This document shows positions 30,701 to 42,882 of a stretch of DNA of 64,000 bases, in pieces. The stretch lies in the NCBI GenBank assembly GCA_965113315.1, contig OZ220369.1; one strand, written 5' to 3'. Origin of the DNA: Podarcis vaucheri (lineage: Eukaryota). Every line of letters starts with the position of its first letter. Positions within the stretch are counted from its first letter, which is position 1. Made by a program: the position numbers and the translations under genes. A model generated the notes under the pieces. It did not search any database. It saw only the letters and a list, made by a program, of their open reading frames with translations, and had not been told where the DNA came from.

Positions 30701-32508
30701 CACCTTCACGTTACTCGGAGGCTGGTGGCAGCTCCGACACAGTGACCAGTCTTACCGTGGACCAGTACGGCTTATTGTACAAAGTGGCGATGCCCCCGGC
30801 CACCTTCTCACCCGTGGTGAATGTTAGCCCGCTGCCTCCAGCCTTCAGTATGACCTCGCAGCTGATCCCGCACCCTGGTATCCCCTACTCACCTATCCAT
30901 TACACTCAACTTCCTCCTGCTCCCTTGCAGTTTGTGGGATCACACTACTCTGTACCCTATGCCGCCGCTGTGCCTCCTGGCTTCCTGCCCAGCCACCTTC
31001 TGTCCTCTTCAGCCAGCCTTGCTGCCTCTCATATCCCACACTTTGTGCCCTATGCACCTCTCCTGGCTGAAGACTCTGCTCCTTCTCCACAGGCAGCCCA
31101 CAGCTTTGGCAAGACCAGTGCCTCAGTTTTGCCTTCAGGCTCTCTGCAGCCCCATGTTGGAGGTCAGCCACTGGATGTTACACAGGGCCGAATTCCAGTC
31201 TATTATCAGATGTCCCGTCTGCCAGCAGGCTATTCATCATTTGAAGCTTCTGTTGCTGGCCCAAACACTGAACAGTCTCTGCAGGAGAATCAGCTAGATC
31301 CTAAAGTCACAGCAAATGGGGTGCAAAGGTCTGCCGTGGGGGCGAAGGAAAGTGAGGCTGAAGGGCAGTGGCCAAGGACAACAGTAGAGTGTAGCACTGA
31401 AGGTACCTTCTTGACAAGCAGTCAGATTTTGAGAACAGAGATCTCTGTGCCATCTCAGCGGAGCACCCCAGATACAGACCTGGAGGTGCAGAGGGTGGTT
31501 GGAGTGCTTGCTTCCCAGGACTACCCTGTTTGTTCTGCTCAGCAGAAGGATGGCTTGAGCCCTCTAAACCTTTCCCATCGTAATCCCCCTGAGCAGAAGG
31601 CAGAGTCAATGAGGAACCCAGTGGAACTTGTGGTGGCTGCTACTGCTGAGAAAAGCCACTTTCGGAGACTGTCGGCAAAGTCCCCTGAGGAGCAGCTCCG
31701 CCATCGGCAAATACTGAAAGGCATTACAATGGCCAATGGTCGGCCAGTCTCAGGGTCCCTCCTTCCTGGGGCTCAGGATGGCCTGGGAGGTGCAAGTCCT
31801 GAGGGAACAGCCCATGAGGGACTACCTGACACGGAATGTGCCCATTCCCAGAGCCACTTACCCTCCCACTTCATGAAAGGAGCCATCATCCAGCTGGCCA
31901 CAGGAGAGCTAAAGAGGGTGGAGGACCTGCAGACCCAGGACTTTGTGCGCAGTGCAGAGGTGAGTGGTGGCCTCAAGATTGACTCCAGCACTGTGGTGGA
32001 CATCCAAGAGAGTCCCTGGCAGGGTTTCGTCACACTGCATTTTGTGGTGGGGGAGCAGCAGAGCAAAGTGAGCATCGATGTGCCCCCTGAGCACCCTTTC
32101 TTTGTGTATGGACAGGGCTGGTCCTCATGCAGTCCAGAGAGGACAAATCGGCTCTTCTCACTCTCCTGCCACAGGCTGCAGGTGGGAGATGTTTGCATCT
32201 CCATCAGTTTACAGAGTCTGAATGGGAGGCTTGTGCCCCAGGCAAGCCCCCAGAGTGCTACCCGAGAGAGACCTGGGCGGGGTGGGGAGAGTCTCCAGGA
32301 GCTGCAGAAAAACCCATTGGAGAAGGGTGGGGTGGCAGTGGGCTCCCCCCAGGAGTCCACCCACCATGATCCTGTTTCTCTGCATGGTTGGGCAGGCCCC
32401 AGCTTCCAAAGGTCTGGGGAGGAGCCCCGGCCACCACTCCTCCGCCCTTCATTCATTCCCCAGGAGGTCAAGTTGTCCATCGAGGGCCGTTCAAATGCAG
32501 GGAAGTGA
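30523..32508 (+). CDS. ATXN1L: Ataxin-1-like (BOAT), single coding exon, 661 aa, AXH domain
   Basis: ATG in good context (gcgccATGa), MRAAQERGQEFLPPKKRDLP N-terminus, AXH domain SHFMKGAIIQLATGELKRVEDLQTQDF...CHRLQVGDVCISISL, C-terminus RPSFIPQEVKLSIEGRSNAGK. 5' UTR intron 30334-30440 (GT...AG). Confidence 0.97.
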   Translation: MRAAQERGQEFLPPKKRDLPVAANNEEPGRVAESGLVGGGGGETSVEWSRGSATGRQSQAPSRYSEAGGSSDTVTSLTVDQYGLLYKVAMPPATFSPVVNVSPLPPAFSMTSQLIPHPGIPYSPIHYTQLPPAPLQFVGSHYSVPYAAAVPPGFLPSHLLSSSASLAASHIPHFVPYAPLLAEDSAPSPQAAHSFGKTSASVLPSGSLQPHVGGQPLDVTQGRIPVYYQMSRLPAGYSSFEASVAGPNTEQSLQENQLDPKVTANGVQRSAVGAKESEAEGQWPRTTVECSTEGTFLTSSQILRTEISVPSQRSTPDTDLEVQRVVGVLASQDYPVCSAQQKDGLSPLNLSHRNPPEQKAESMRNPVELVVAATAEKSHFRRLSAKSPEEQLRHRQILKGITMANGRPVSGSLLPGAQDGLGGASPEGTAHEGLPDTECAHSQSHLPSHFMKGAIIQLATGELKRVEDLQTQDFVRSAEVSGGLKIDSSTVVDIQESPWQGFVTLHFVVGEQQSKVSIDVPPEHPFFVYGQGWSSCSPERTNRLFSLSCHRLQVGDVCISISLQSLNGRLVPQASPQSATRERPGRGGESLQELQKNPLEKGGVAVGSPQESTHHDPVSLHGWAGPSFQRSGEEPRPPLLRPSFIPQEVKLSIEGRSNAGK

Positions 32509-35161
32509 AGCCCCAGTGGTGGGCGAACTTGTGTGCCACGCTTAACTGGGTTCCTTCCAGTTTGGCCACTGCTCAGATGCTCGGCCCTTCCCCCAGTTGT
32601 GTGCCTAGAATCATTCCACTGACAGAGGCTCCTTCTCTCCACCCCCTGTAGGGGAGGTCTGAGCCTGGGTAGGGTAGATTGGGGTCAGCCAAGGGGAGAC
32701 TCTGAAGGAAGCAGTGACTGCGCTGCTTCTGTGAGGAGAGGAGCAAGGGCTCAACATCCCCCACCACCTCACTCAAGCACTTTATTGGACACTTGCTCAC
32801 GCATAGCAGGAGGGTGCTTTTACCAGGGCAAGGAACAGTGAGGGAGTTTGCCAGGTTTCTTCTGTTTGGGTCCCAAGTTAAGGATTTTTGTCTGGGCCTC
32901 CCAGCAGCCCCTCTCCAGGCACCGAGTCAAAGGAGCCTGGATTTCTCCTCAGGGAGGTAGTATTTGTATGCAATTTCCTCACATGTGTTAGATTGAAAGG
33001 AAATGGTTAATAGTCTGTTAAATTGCAAACCTGGCAATGTGTTGCCTCACAGCTCTGCAGCCAGGTAGAACTCGAATCCCATAGGTGGGAATGGTGTAGG
33101 TGTACGTGTGAGAGGATGTTCTAGCTCTGGCTTCTTCAGCTATCTCCATCCTGCTCTTAAGCCCCCACCTCCATCTTCTAGAAAGGCTGCATCCACTTCT
33201 GTTGCAGATGCCTTAGATGTTCACAGCTAAGCCAGCTCTGAATGGCCTGGGCTGACTAAGGCTTGTCACAGTTGTGGATGCCTCGAGTTACAGCCAGCTC
33301 CTTTGAAAAGTGCAAGGCAGTTTGTATATAAGAGCATGCTAGTGCACATACAGACACTCCTGCTTCTCCTTGGGGTGATTAAAGCATTTCCTATTGAGAG
33401 TATGGAGAGGGGACATTCTGGCCACTGTAACCAGCTTGAATGGCCCCCACTACATGTGTAAGATTTCTTTGGATATTAGAAAAATGTATTCAGGTTCTTC
33501 TGATAAAGATAAAAATTGCTCTTCTGTGTGCACTGGTGACTCAGACAGAATGAAAGAAGATAAAACGTGCAAGTGGTTAACAGTTTTTGAGCCGAGAAAG
33601 CTGTAGAACTGCTTGGGTTCAAGAAGCTGGCTGAGTACCTTCTCCTGCACTGGTGCCCACAACTCGGCAGGGGTGAGCTCTAGGGCTCTGAATCATAGCT
33701 GTGACTCTGCATCAGTGCCATCCAAGTCCCACTCCAGAATAGCAGCCAGGAAGCTCCTCCCACTGCTCCAAATGGGCAGCCTTGGCTTGTTTCCCTTGGA
33801 TGTTTTGTCTACAGTTGTTGCTTTTAGGCCATTGCCTACAGGCATTCCTGGCTCACAACGGGAACTGCTTTCCTGTCTGACCAGCCACCTCATCCACTCC
33901 AAGCCCTCTCTATATGAAAGGTAGAAGACTTTGCTGTTCTCCTCTGGAAGGCCCGGCACTTTGCACTATTCCGAGCCAGGTTTCCCCGCAAACCACCCTC
34001 TGCCTTCCTTACTTGCTCTTGGGCTCCCCTGGATTGTGTGCTTACTAGACCAAGGCTCATTTCCATGTAAATGCTGGCCTAGGTTTCTCCTTTGTCCTTC
34101 AGCTCCCCTGCCACCAGGGAGGAGATGTCTGCTTCATGCCATTAGGGCAGAGTGCCCTTCTACTCCCAGGGCTTCATGGGAGCTGGATCACTTGCACAGC
34201 ATCACAGCAGAAGAGCCTGAATGGCCACCTCTTTCATTGGCACCAACTCTGGCCCTCCGTGGCTATTGAGGGTCAGTTCCCCTGAGTTCATCTGGACCGC
34301 CCAACACTACTGCCACCCTGGTCCAGTGCTGTTTCAGGATAGCTTGCTGCACAGCCCTTAGGGCCCAGGACCGAGTTAGGAATAGAGCTGCAAAATATGG
34401 AAGTGTCTTTGGGCACTACTCCATCTGGGGCCGCTGGAGGGTTGGGAGAACCAGCTTCCTAGAGCAATAAGCTATTTCTCTCTTGTGACACTACAGCACG
34501 ACCCCTTTCCAAGCCCTAGTAAATATTTGGGAAGGGCTCCCTAATATGCAATACTGTGGGAGTGGCAGCTGCACAGCTGTGTCCATTTGGCCATTCCATG
34601 GGGTAGGATGGGGGCTGCTAAAAGAGACACGTTTCAGTGTGGGGTGCCAAACTAGGGGGTGATGAACTGGGGTCCTGCTTTTCAGAAGGGCACCAACCAG
34701 ATACCCTTTCCAGCTAAAACGTTTCCCATCCCTTCTTGCCAGCTGTTTCTGTAGCCCTTGCCTGCAAGAGCAAACATCCGCTTATATTAAGTCCCACCTC
34801 TGCCCAGAAACACTGAGTGATGGCCTGACCCAGTGGCTTGTTGCAGAGAAAGTTCCTTTGCTATATCTCAAGATGCACCGAGGAAGAAAGCAAACAGAGT
34901 CAGCCTGCCACCCTTCAATCCTTTGCATAGCACCTTAGTTGGGGTGGGTCACCTTCCTGTATGCAGCTGGCAAGGGGCAAGTGTGTAGCAGCCCTGCAAC
35001 CAACACCAGTCATCTTCACTCCGAAACCCACTGCATCGTATCTCTAAAGCCTTAGGACTAGCCGAGTGCCCAGCCCCTTTTCTCCTACCTGATCTTTAAT
35101 GAAGCATTACCAATCTAAGGAGGATAATCTATTTTGTTGTGCTTTTTTTGTACCTGTTTTA

Positions 35162-35167
35162 AATAAA
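35162..35167 (+). terminator. Candidate ATXN1L polyadenylation signal
   Basis: AATAAA in a U-rich, TGTA-rich stretch ~2.65 kb after the stop. Confidence 0.45.
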
Positions 35168-36330
35168 TCAATTTGTACTGTATATTTGTATTTTGGGTGA
35201 GATCCTTTTTCCTGTTTTACCATTTAAAGTCTCTGTACACACAGATTGTATTTTTATTGTTAATGCTCTTATGAATACTGCATTTAACTTGTTGACTTAT
35301 GTAAACAGTATATATACATATATCTATATCTATATATATATCTATATAATTATAAGCCAATAGCTTTTCCTTTGATGTGTCTGTGTCTTACTTGTCTCCT
35401 GGAGAAAATTTTGGCAGAAATACCAAAGCTCATAAAGGAAACTTCCTTACATTCATACAATGGTCACTAAAGCCCCAATTAGCAATCTTCACACTAGCAC
35501 AATTAGCTCTGTTCTGTTGTGTAAAAAATTTAACAGGCTGCACATAGGTTTTATGATTTAAGATTAATAGAACAGAACAGACCTGGCTAACAAGACAGAG
35601 ATAACTTCTCCTCGCTTGTGCAGCCAAGTCTCTCCCTTTTACCTAGTTTGGAAGTTGGGCAAGAGACGACACAGGCTGCTGACCAAGAAAAGAAATATAC
35701 CCCTCAGCAGGGTCTTCCTCTAGCCTTTGTTTAGAAGTCTGCCTTTCACTGGTGCTCCTTCCACCACCATCTCTCTATGCACAAAGGCAAGAAGAACATC
35801 AGCAGCACTCAAATCTAGGAGCTTTCTCCCTCCCCAACATATATCCCCCCAGAATGTCAAATTCTTCCACAAACCTCCCATTTGGTGCTGCTGTACCTAA
35901 GTCTAGCAGCCACTATGATTAGGCCTAATACACCCCTGTGGGTAACTTGTGAGGCTCCAAGCCGTATTATACACCTCCCTCTTCAGGACTCCACCTTCTT
36001 TGCTAGTCCCCACTTAAGAGCTCCAGCGTGATGTAGTAAGGGGCAGGCCACAGAACTGCAAAGTTCCAGCTGGATCTTGCCCAGCAAAGAAGCAAGCTGG
36101 GCAAGGCAGAAGCAGCAGCTGCCTCTCAAGCTGCTGCAGTGAATTGGCCAAGCCCAAGAGGCACAGACTGAGGACATGTACAATTAATTTATTTCTGATC
36201 ACAGCCAGTGCGCCCGCCCCTTCCTCCCTCCCTGCCCCTCTCAGACCGTTGTCACACTCCAGTTCCATGCTTCACTGGCGGAGCAAGTGGGGCCTCAGCA
36301 GATAAGAGCAGGTCCTCCTTTTTACCCTCC

Positions 36331-39300
36331 TCAGTGCAGGGCACTGGGACTCGGCTCCTCAAAGGCCATTTTACCAAGCAGCTGCCCCTCAAGCTCTAGC
36401 CCACCCACTGGCAGTGGGAAGAAGTTCATCTCGGCTGCCAATGCAGCCATGGCCGAGGGGTCCTGGCCAAACTGTGCCCGCAGCATCATGTCCATTTTCT
36501 CCAGCCGCCGCTTTAGCCTCTTGGCTTCACGCTCCCGGATGAGCCGAGCCTGCCGCTTCTCAGGGGTCTCGTTGGCCCGCTTGAGGCGCATCGCTTCACG
36601 GTCCCGCTGCAGGCGGCGCGCACGCTGCTCGTCCGTCTCCTGCATGCGCTGCAGCCGCTTGGCCTCTCGATCCCTCATGCGCCTCACCTCCCGCTCCTCC
36701 GGCGTCTCGTTGTCTCGACGGCTCTTCTTAGCTGTGCGCTCTCGCTCCAGGCGCTGCAGCCGCACCTCCAGGGGCTCGTTCTGCCTTCGCAAGGCCCACT
36801 TGCGAACCCCTGGAGCTTGAGCTTCCAGAAGCTTGCGGTAGGCCACGCAGCTGTTGCACACCAGGAGGATGCCAGCAGGATACACTGTGGGGCTGACAGC
36901 AGCAGCAGCAGCAGCACCACCTGCTTTTTCCTCAGCACCAGAAGAAGCCTCAGGGAGGGGAATGGGCAGGGCATCTCCACACAGCACCTCTGACACCTTC
37001 TCACTGTGAAAGTCAAAGAGTAGAAATGACGGGTGGTCGGCACAGATCTTAAGAAGCCATTGTGTAGGCTTGCAAGCTACTGCCTTAGCTGTAACCCTCC
37101 CCCTCCCTCTGGCCATGCTTACAAGCCACCCCACCCACATGAATGCTGGCCTGCAGAATGCTTCTGGCTGGGGTCACCTATTCCAGCTGCCTCCAGAAAT
37201 TGCCAGGTATAACCTCCATTGCTTCCATTTAACAGGGCCCCTCCAGGACTTCCAAAATGCGGCCTGGGCCACGTTGTCCCAGTCCCACCGTCAGAGATGC
37301 CCACTTCTCACCTGTTGAAAGTAGCATGGCTGGTGAAGCGAGCCCCACACACCGCACAGTTGGACAGTTGGTCCTCGGAGTGGATGAGGAGGTGCCTGCC
37401 CAAGGAGCCCGGGGAGCTGAGTGCTCGGCCACAGACGGGACACAGGTAGCTCTTGGCACTGACCACAGCTGCCGTATGCTGCAAACGAGGCCGGGCTGTG
37501 AGGCAAGGGCTCCGCCGCCCTGTCCCCCTCTCAGCTGTCCCTATGAGGGCTGGCAGCCAAGGCCAAGCCACGGAAGAGCTCCCTCTTCTGTTAGGGAAAG
37601 AAGGAGAGAGACCCGCAAGGCCTTCCCTGGGATGTGGTGCAAACCCACCAGGGGGGATGATTCAAATTGCATCCAATGCCAACAGCCCCTGCCCCCATCC
37701 CCACCCTTTCCCAGTCCAGGATTACTAATTTCAGCCTGGAAGGAAAGGGGGAGCCAGGGCAGGGATGGTTTAGCCTTGCGTGATGGTCTCATCAAAGCCC
37801 CCTCTAAGTACCTGATAGACGTGAGTGACAAGCTGCTCCCTGCTTCCACACTCTAGCTGGCAGAGGGGACAACGGGAGAGTCCCATCAGGGTATCTGGGC
37901 TGGCATTTAAACCCATCTGCAAGCAAGGAAAAGCAGGCTAAGGAAAGAGCAGAGGACAAGACCCATACCTGGTATTCTGCCACATGCATACACATACCCC
38001 TCCCCCCAATTGATGCTGCACCAGACCCTTTAAGACCATGTTGACGGATTCTCTACAATGTAAGATTAGCCCTGCGCAATCAGATTGAGGGTCTACCTAG
38101 TTGTGTATTGTCTTTCTAACACACAGCAGCCAACCAAATGCCTCTTCTGGGAAGCCCAGAATGAGATAACAACAGCTCTATCACTCCCCTTGCCCCCATT
38201 ACTATTAGGGAACTCTAATGCCAAAAAGTCCAGACCCAATCACTTGAGCCTGCTGTAGTAATCACTTAGACACATCAATGGACCAGGCGCAGGAATCCCA
38301 GAGTGGGCTATACAGTCCTCTTTCTCCATGCTAGGGCCATCCAAGAGTCTGCTATTGCTATTCTCCCTTCCACCGAGTAACCACAGCAGTGTTGCACTTT
38401 TGCTTTAGTATGTGTTGACTACGGCCAGTGTGATGCACTTGCCTCATGGCCTCGAGCGACCTGCTTGCTGCAGCCCAGCTGCTCTGTAAGTTCCAGTTCC
38501 TTTTTCACTGTCGCTGATGCTCCATCCTCCTCAGAAGCATGGGAGGAGACCTCATCTTGTGTTGTCTCATCCCCCTCACTATCACCTAGAATACAGAACA
38601 GCTTTAGGCCTCTGCCACAGACCAGCTGACAGGATTCCAAAGCAGCATGCAGGTGTTTGGTCTCTCCCAGGTGTCCCAGAGCTGCCCTTGTGTACAAGAT
38701 GGGGAAACTCACTGTTGCTGCTGCTGCTGCTACTGCTGCTGTTGGAGTCTTTTTCTTGTGGTGGAGGTGGCAGCTGCTGCATGAGTGGTGACTGGGCTCC
38801 AAGCAGCCCAGGGAAGTCTCTTCGCATCATGGCCTGACGTGTGTGCTCTTCTAACCCAGCAAAGACTTGCTCCCCTGGAAGTACAATGGGGGAGGAAGAA
38901 GCCGCATTAGCCCATTGCCCTTCCCAAGCCCAGTCATTCCTTGCCCCCTCCTCAGATGCCCAGTGATGGTCTCCCCTACCTGAAGATGGCCCAGAATGGG
39001 ACTAATGCCTGGGCTCCATTCCCCAAAACAGCTTTCCCCAAACCCTTCCTGCAAAGCAACGGTGGCCTGACCAATCCGTCCCTTCGCATCCTTTCCAACA
39101 TGACCTGGAAATACAAATGTCTTCAGCAGCATTAAGCACACAGGGAGGGCTCTTGCCTGCCCTGGCTCCGCCCTAGAATTTGCATGTGCTCTCCCACCCC
39201 CAGGGCCCATATTTTGGAAGAGCTTGTCCTGCCATACAGGTTCTCCTCCAGGGGTAAAGCTGTTACATGTGTGTAAAAGATGCTTTAGTATAGGCAATAG

Positions 39301-39940
39301 CAAACCTACTAATCTACTTTTGCAAGCCAAATTTGTGGTGGGAGACTTCTGTGGATTTTGTAGTCCAGGTTTAGTTATCTGCTTTAGTTCCTCCTTGATA
39401 TGTTTTCTCTTAAGTTGTGCAAAGTGGGCAGTGCTTGCCTAAAATTGCCAGACTCTTTCCTGGGCCTTTGCTATTTCCATTCTGATCCTAAAGCTATCAT
39501 GGTGCCTGGAAGTCCCCTGTTCCTCATTGTGCAAGGGAGACTAGCCTTCCATTCCCAACTAGTGCTGAAAAGCTGTTCATTTGCAGAAGAAACATCAGTG
39601 GGTAAGGTGGCCCAATGAGAGACAGAATGCCACTAGAATGGCGGAGAGGGGTTCTGAGCCCCCAGAGTACCTAAGGAGCCCTTAGGCTCTAAGAGGTGGT
39701 ACGTGGACATGTCTCAGCTCAGCCAACAAATCCTCGATGCTGGGCAGGGAGTCCCCGCCAGGGCTATGGGAGAAGAATGCAGCAAATAGTGGAGGGGAGG
39801 GCTGTCCCCCCCCCATCATTTTGCGGATGGATGCCTCGCTTGAGCGGGGGAAGGGGGTGAAGGTGGAAGTGACAACAGCCCCCCTCCCCTTATTACTCAC
39901 AGTGGACTTTATTGGGGGTGGTCTGTTTCCGACGGGACAT
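36331..39940 (-). CDS. ZNF821: Zinc finger protein 821 (C2H2 fingers plus charged STPR repeats), 6 coding exons, 429 aa
   Basis: Exons 39901-39940 (MSRRKQTTPNKVH), 38713-38874, 38443-38585 (GC donor), 37812-37916, 37312-37478 (CPVCGRALSSPGSLGRHLLIH), 36331-37003 (ETPEEREVRRMRDREAKR repeats). Sum 1290 nt in frame. AATAAA at 36188-36193 (minus). Confidence 0.96.
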
Positions 39941-41700
39941 GGTCCCCCCCCCGGGGGGGCGCACCTGCGGAAAGAAGAGCCCTGTCACCATGCGGGGGAT
40001 GACCAGGGTAGGCGAGCGGGGGGCGTTTAGAGATCAGCCCCCACCCCGCGCTGGAGCAAATCCTCGGCCCTTACCTGACTCCGTCGCCCGGCCTGGACTT
40101 GCCCAGCAGCGCTGCAGGAGGACAAAGGGCCGCCCGGGCTGGCAGACAGACAGACAGAGGAAGATGGCGGCACGGCGGGAGCGCCCGGCTCGTGCACGGC
40201 GGGACCGACGGACAGACAGGCGGACGGGGGCGCGCTGCGCTGGAGCCCTCCCCTCCCCTCCGAGCGGAGCGCGCCTCCTGCCTGGCAGCAGGGGCGCCGA
40301 TCCCGAGGCCGGCGCAGGCGCTCAGCCGGGAGGGGGTCCCGCAGCCATCAGGCCGGCGCCTCCGGGGGCTTCACGCACCCAGACCAGCCAGCAGGGCCAG
40401 AGTTGTGTCCTTCGGCGCTCTCCACGGGCCCAGCGACCGAGGAGGAGGAGGAGGAGGAGGAGCAGGAGCAACTGCTGCTGCTGCAACCCGCCTCCCTTGC
40501 CCCGAGTCGCCTCCTTCCACGGGGCCGCTTCTCCTCTTGTCGGAGCGGCAGCGCCGCGGTGCTAGTGGCGGGGCTGCCGCCGTCCCCGCCTCTTTTCAAG
40601 CCACGAGCAGGGGGACCCAATTGACGCCCCCGCCATGCCCTGCAAGGTGCCCGGCCATTCACGCGAGCGCCCCTACAGCGTGAGGGCTCCAGTCTGCCGC
40701 GCGACGCCCCCGGGGATGTGAAGCAGCTCGGAGGGAGGGGGGCAGTGGGCGGGGCCGCCGCCTCTTCCTCCTCCTTCTCCGACGTCGTACCCGACGAGGC
40801 CGGAACTCTCCAGCCGCGGTTGAGGGCTATGGAGGGACCTCAATGAAGGTAACGCTCGCTTTAGGAAGTACGACTTTTATTGAGGTCCCTCTTTCTCCGG
40901 CGAGAGATCCCTCCGCCCGTAAAGTAGTTCCGTACCAACACAAAGCGCCCCGTGCGTCGCTGCACTGTATCTTGGAGAAGCCGCGTCGCAGACGGAGGGC
41001 CGGACGCTGCTAGGAACTACGACTATTGCTTTTGCTACTGTCGCTGTCGCGCACCTCCTCCTGAAAAGCAGAGAAGAGACGTATCCCTCCGCCTTCCCAG
41101 CTGAGGCTGGACCCGTGACGCCGCCGACGCCACCTTCGCTGCCTGCCGGGACAGACGGAGACAAAAAGACCCCCCCCCCGCCCCCGGGTAAGGCCGTCCC
41201 GGCTGACCGCCTTCGCTCGGCTCTGCGTTTTCCGGGGAGCGGGGCCGTTGCCCTCCTTGGACGACTCGAGGTCCTGGTTCCCGCCGCCCTCACAAGCCTC
41301 CCCCGCCTTCCCGGTCGCCTTTCGCCCGAGGAACGGGCCGAGGCAGGGAAGGGCCCCGGGAAAGGCGAGAGAGGCCCGGAGGGGCCGCCGCCTGAAGCTG
41401 CCTTCGGCCAGCCGGTGGCGGGAGGCGCGGGCGAAGAAGCGGCGCTTCCTGGTCCGCGGCTGGCGGGCTTGGCCTCTGCCCAGCCTGACCGCTCGCCTTC
41501 CCTTCCGCCTCTTGCTCCTGCCGCTGGCCGGGAATGGCTCCTCCTTGGGGCCTGTAGCACATCGAAACTGGCTGTCTGGGCCACGGGTCGGGCGGCGCTC
41601 GTGTTTCGCCTTTGGGGTCTCTGAACCCGGAGCGGGCAGCTGCCTGTGTCTAGCCGAAAGCGAAGCCGTTGCCGGAAGAAGAGTTGAGAATTGCCTTCGT
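39920..41700. promoter_or_regulatory. Shared CpG island / bidirectional promoter of ZNF821 and IST1
   Basis: Continuous CpG-rich region between head-to-head genes, with GC boxes, a minus-strand donor at 40074 and a plus-strand donor at 41188. Confidence 0.75.
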
Positions 41701-41962
41701 GCCTCTGTAGTTCAACTACCTGCAAACTCCCCCACCCTTTTGGAGCAAATCCTCCACCAGCTCCCACATAGGTGGGAGCTGAGCTCTCTACCGCTTCCAG
41801 TGCTGAAAAGCGGGGCAGGTTTGGCCTCCAGGGATCCAAGGTTGTGAGCTGCCCCTTGTGCTGTATATGGTTGGGCCTGGCTGATCAAATCATGTACAAA
41901 AGGCGGGGGGAAACCAGAAATCTGTTGCTTGCACAGATGAAAGTGCTCTACACATACATACA

Positions 41963-41964
<2 letters not shown>

Positions 41965-41998
<34 letters not shown>
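41965..41998. repeat. (CA)n microsatellite
   Basis: Uninterrupted CA run. Confidence 0.95.
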
Positions 41999-41999
<1 letters not shown>

Positions 42000-42344
42000 C
42001 ATTTCTTAAATAGGTTTTGGCATACTATACTGTTACACACACTTGAGTCTGTATGGGCTCTGTTTAAAAATGGCTGGCATTTATAGTCTATTCAACCATT
42101 TATTCTTGCTGTATACGAAAATTTGCATTAAAATTACTTATATTTGCTTGTTTGCTTTATTATATATTTGCAGCGGAGATAAAACATTACAGCTCGCAAC
42201 CTTTCCACATTCAAACCAATCCAGATCCTGAGATCTGAGACCATTCACTGTCTGCCTCTCCAAAAGATGTTCAGCAGGTAGCAACAAGAGAACAGATCCC
42301 CCCCCCCGCACCAATTGTGAAATGCTCCAGCACCATGCAAAAAA

Positions 42345-42558
42345 TAAATTGATTAATTTAAAAAATGTCCAGTAGCACCTTAGAGTCTACCTAAGTTTGT
42401 TCTGGGTATAAGCTTTCGTGCACATGCACACTTCTTCATATACCTACGAAACCTTATACCCAGAACAAACTTAGCTGGTCTCTAAGGTGCTCCTGGACAT
42501 TTTTTTTATTTTTTATTTGACTTCGTTAGACCAACACAGCTACCTACCTGAATCTAGA
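42345..42558. mobile_element. Penelope-like element terminal fragment in inverted arrangement
   Basis: Arms aaaaaatgtccagtagcaccttagag...ctgggtataag and cttatacccagaacaaacttag...ctggacatttttt; flanking 13-bp repeat accatgcaaaaaa. A related fragment lies at about 43115-43182. Family assigned from recall. Confidence 0.6.
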
Positions 42559-42882
42559 ACCATGCAAAAAAGTTATTCTCAGCATTTGGACAGCGCTGAT
42601 GATTGAGATTTTTGAGAATACTGGTGTCCTGCTTGTGTAGAGCAGGGAATATTGTGTTTAGATTAATTTTTGAGCACTTTTGGTGTTTTATATCACTTTT
42701 TTGAATTTTAAATGTATTTTGTATTTTATTCTAAATAACTCTGGAATGGCTCTGAATGTGCAAAGCAATATATAAATATTACAAGTAGAATATATCTACA
42801 CAGGAAACTGCTAGCTGTCTGCCTTTAACACACATGACAGTAGGCTTTTTCTCTGTTGTATTCTTGGCAGGAATTCTACACC

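Noticed and set aside
33323-33330. Pumilio element TGTATATA in the ATXN1L 3' UTR
   Set aside because: A single 8-mer in ~2.7 kb is not distinguishable from chance without conservation data.
40877-41847. Long ORFs (320, 199, 169 aa), and similar ones at 27324-28229 and 39912-40683
   Set aside because: Low-complexity R/G/P/A ORFs expected in CpG islands; no recognisable domain.
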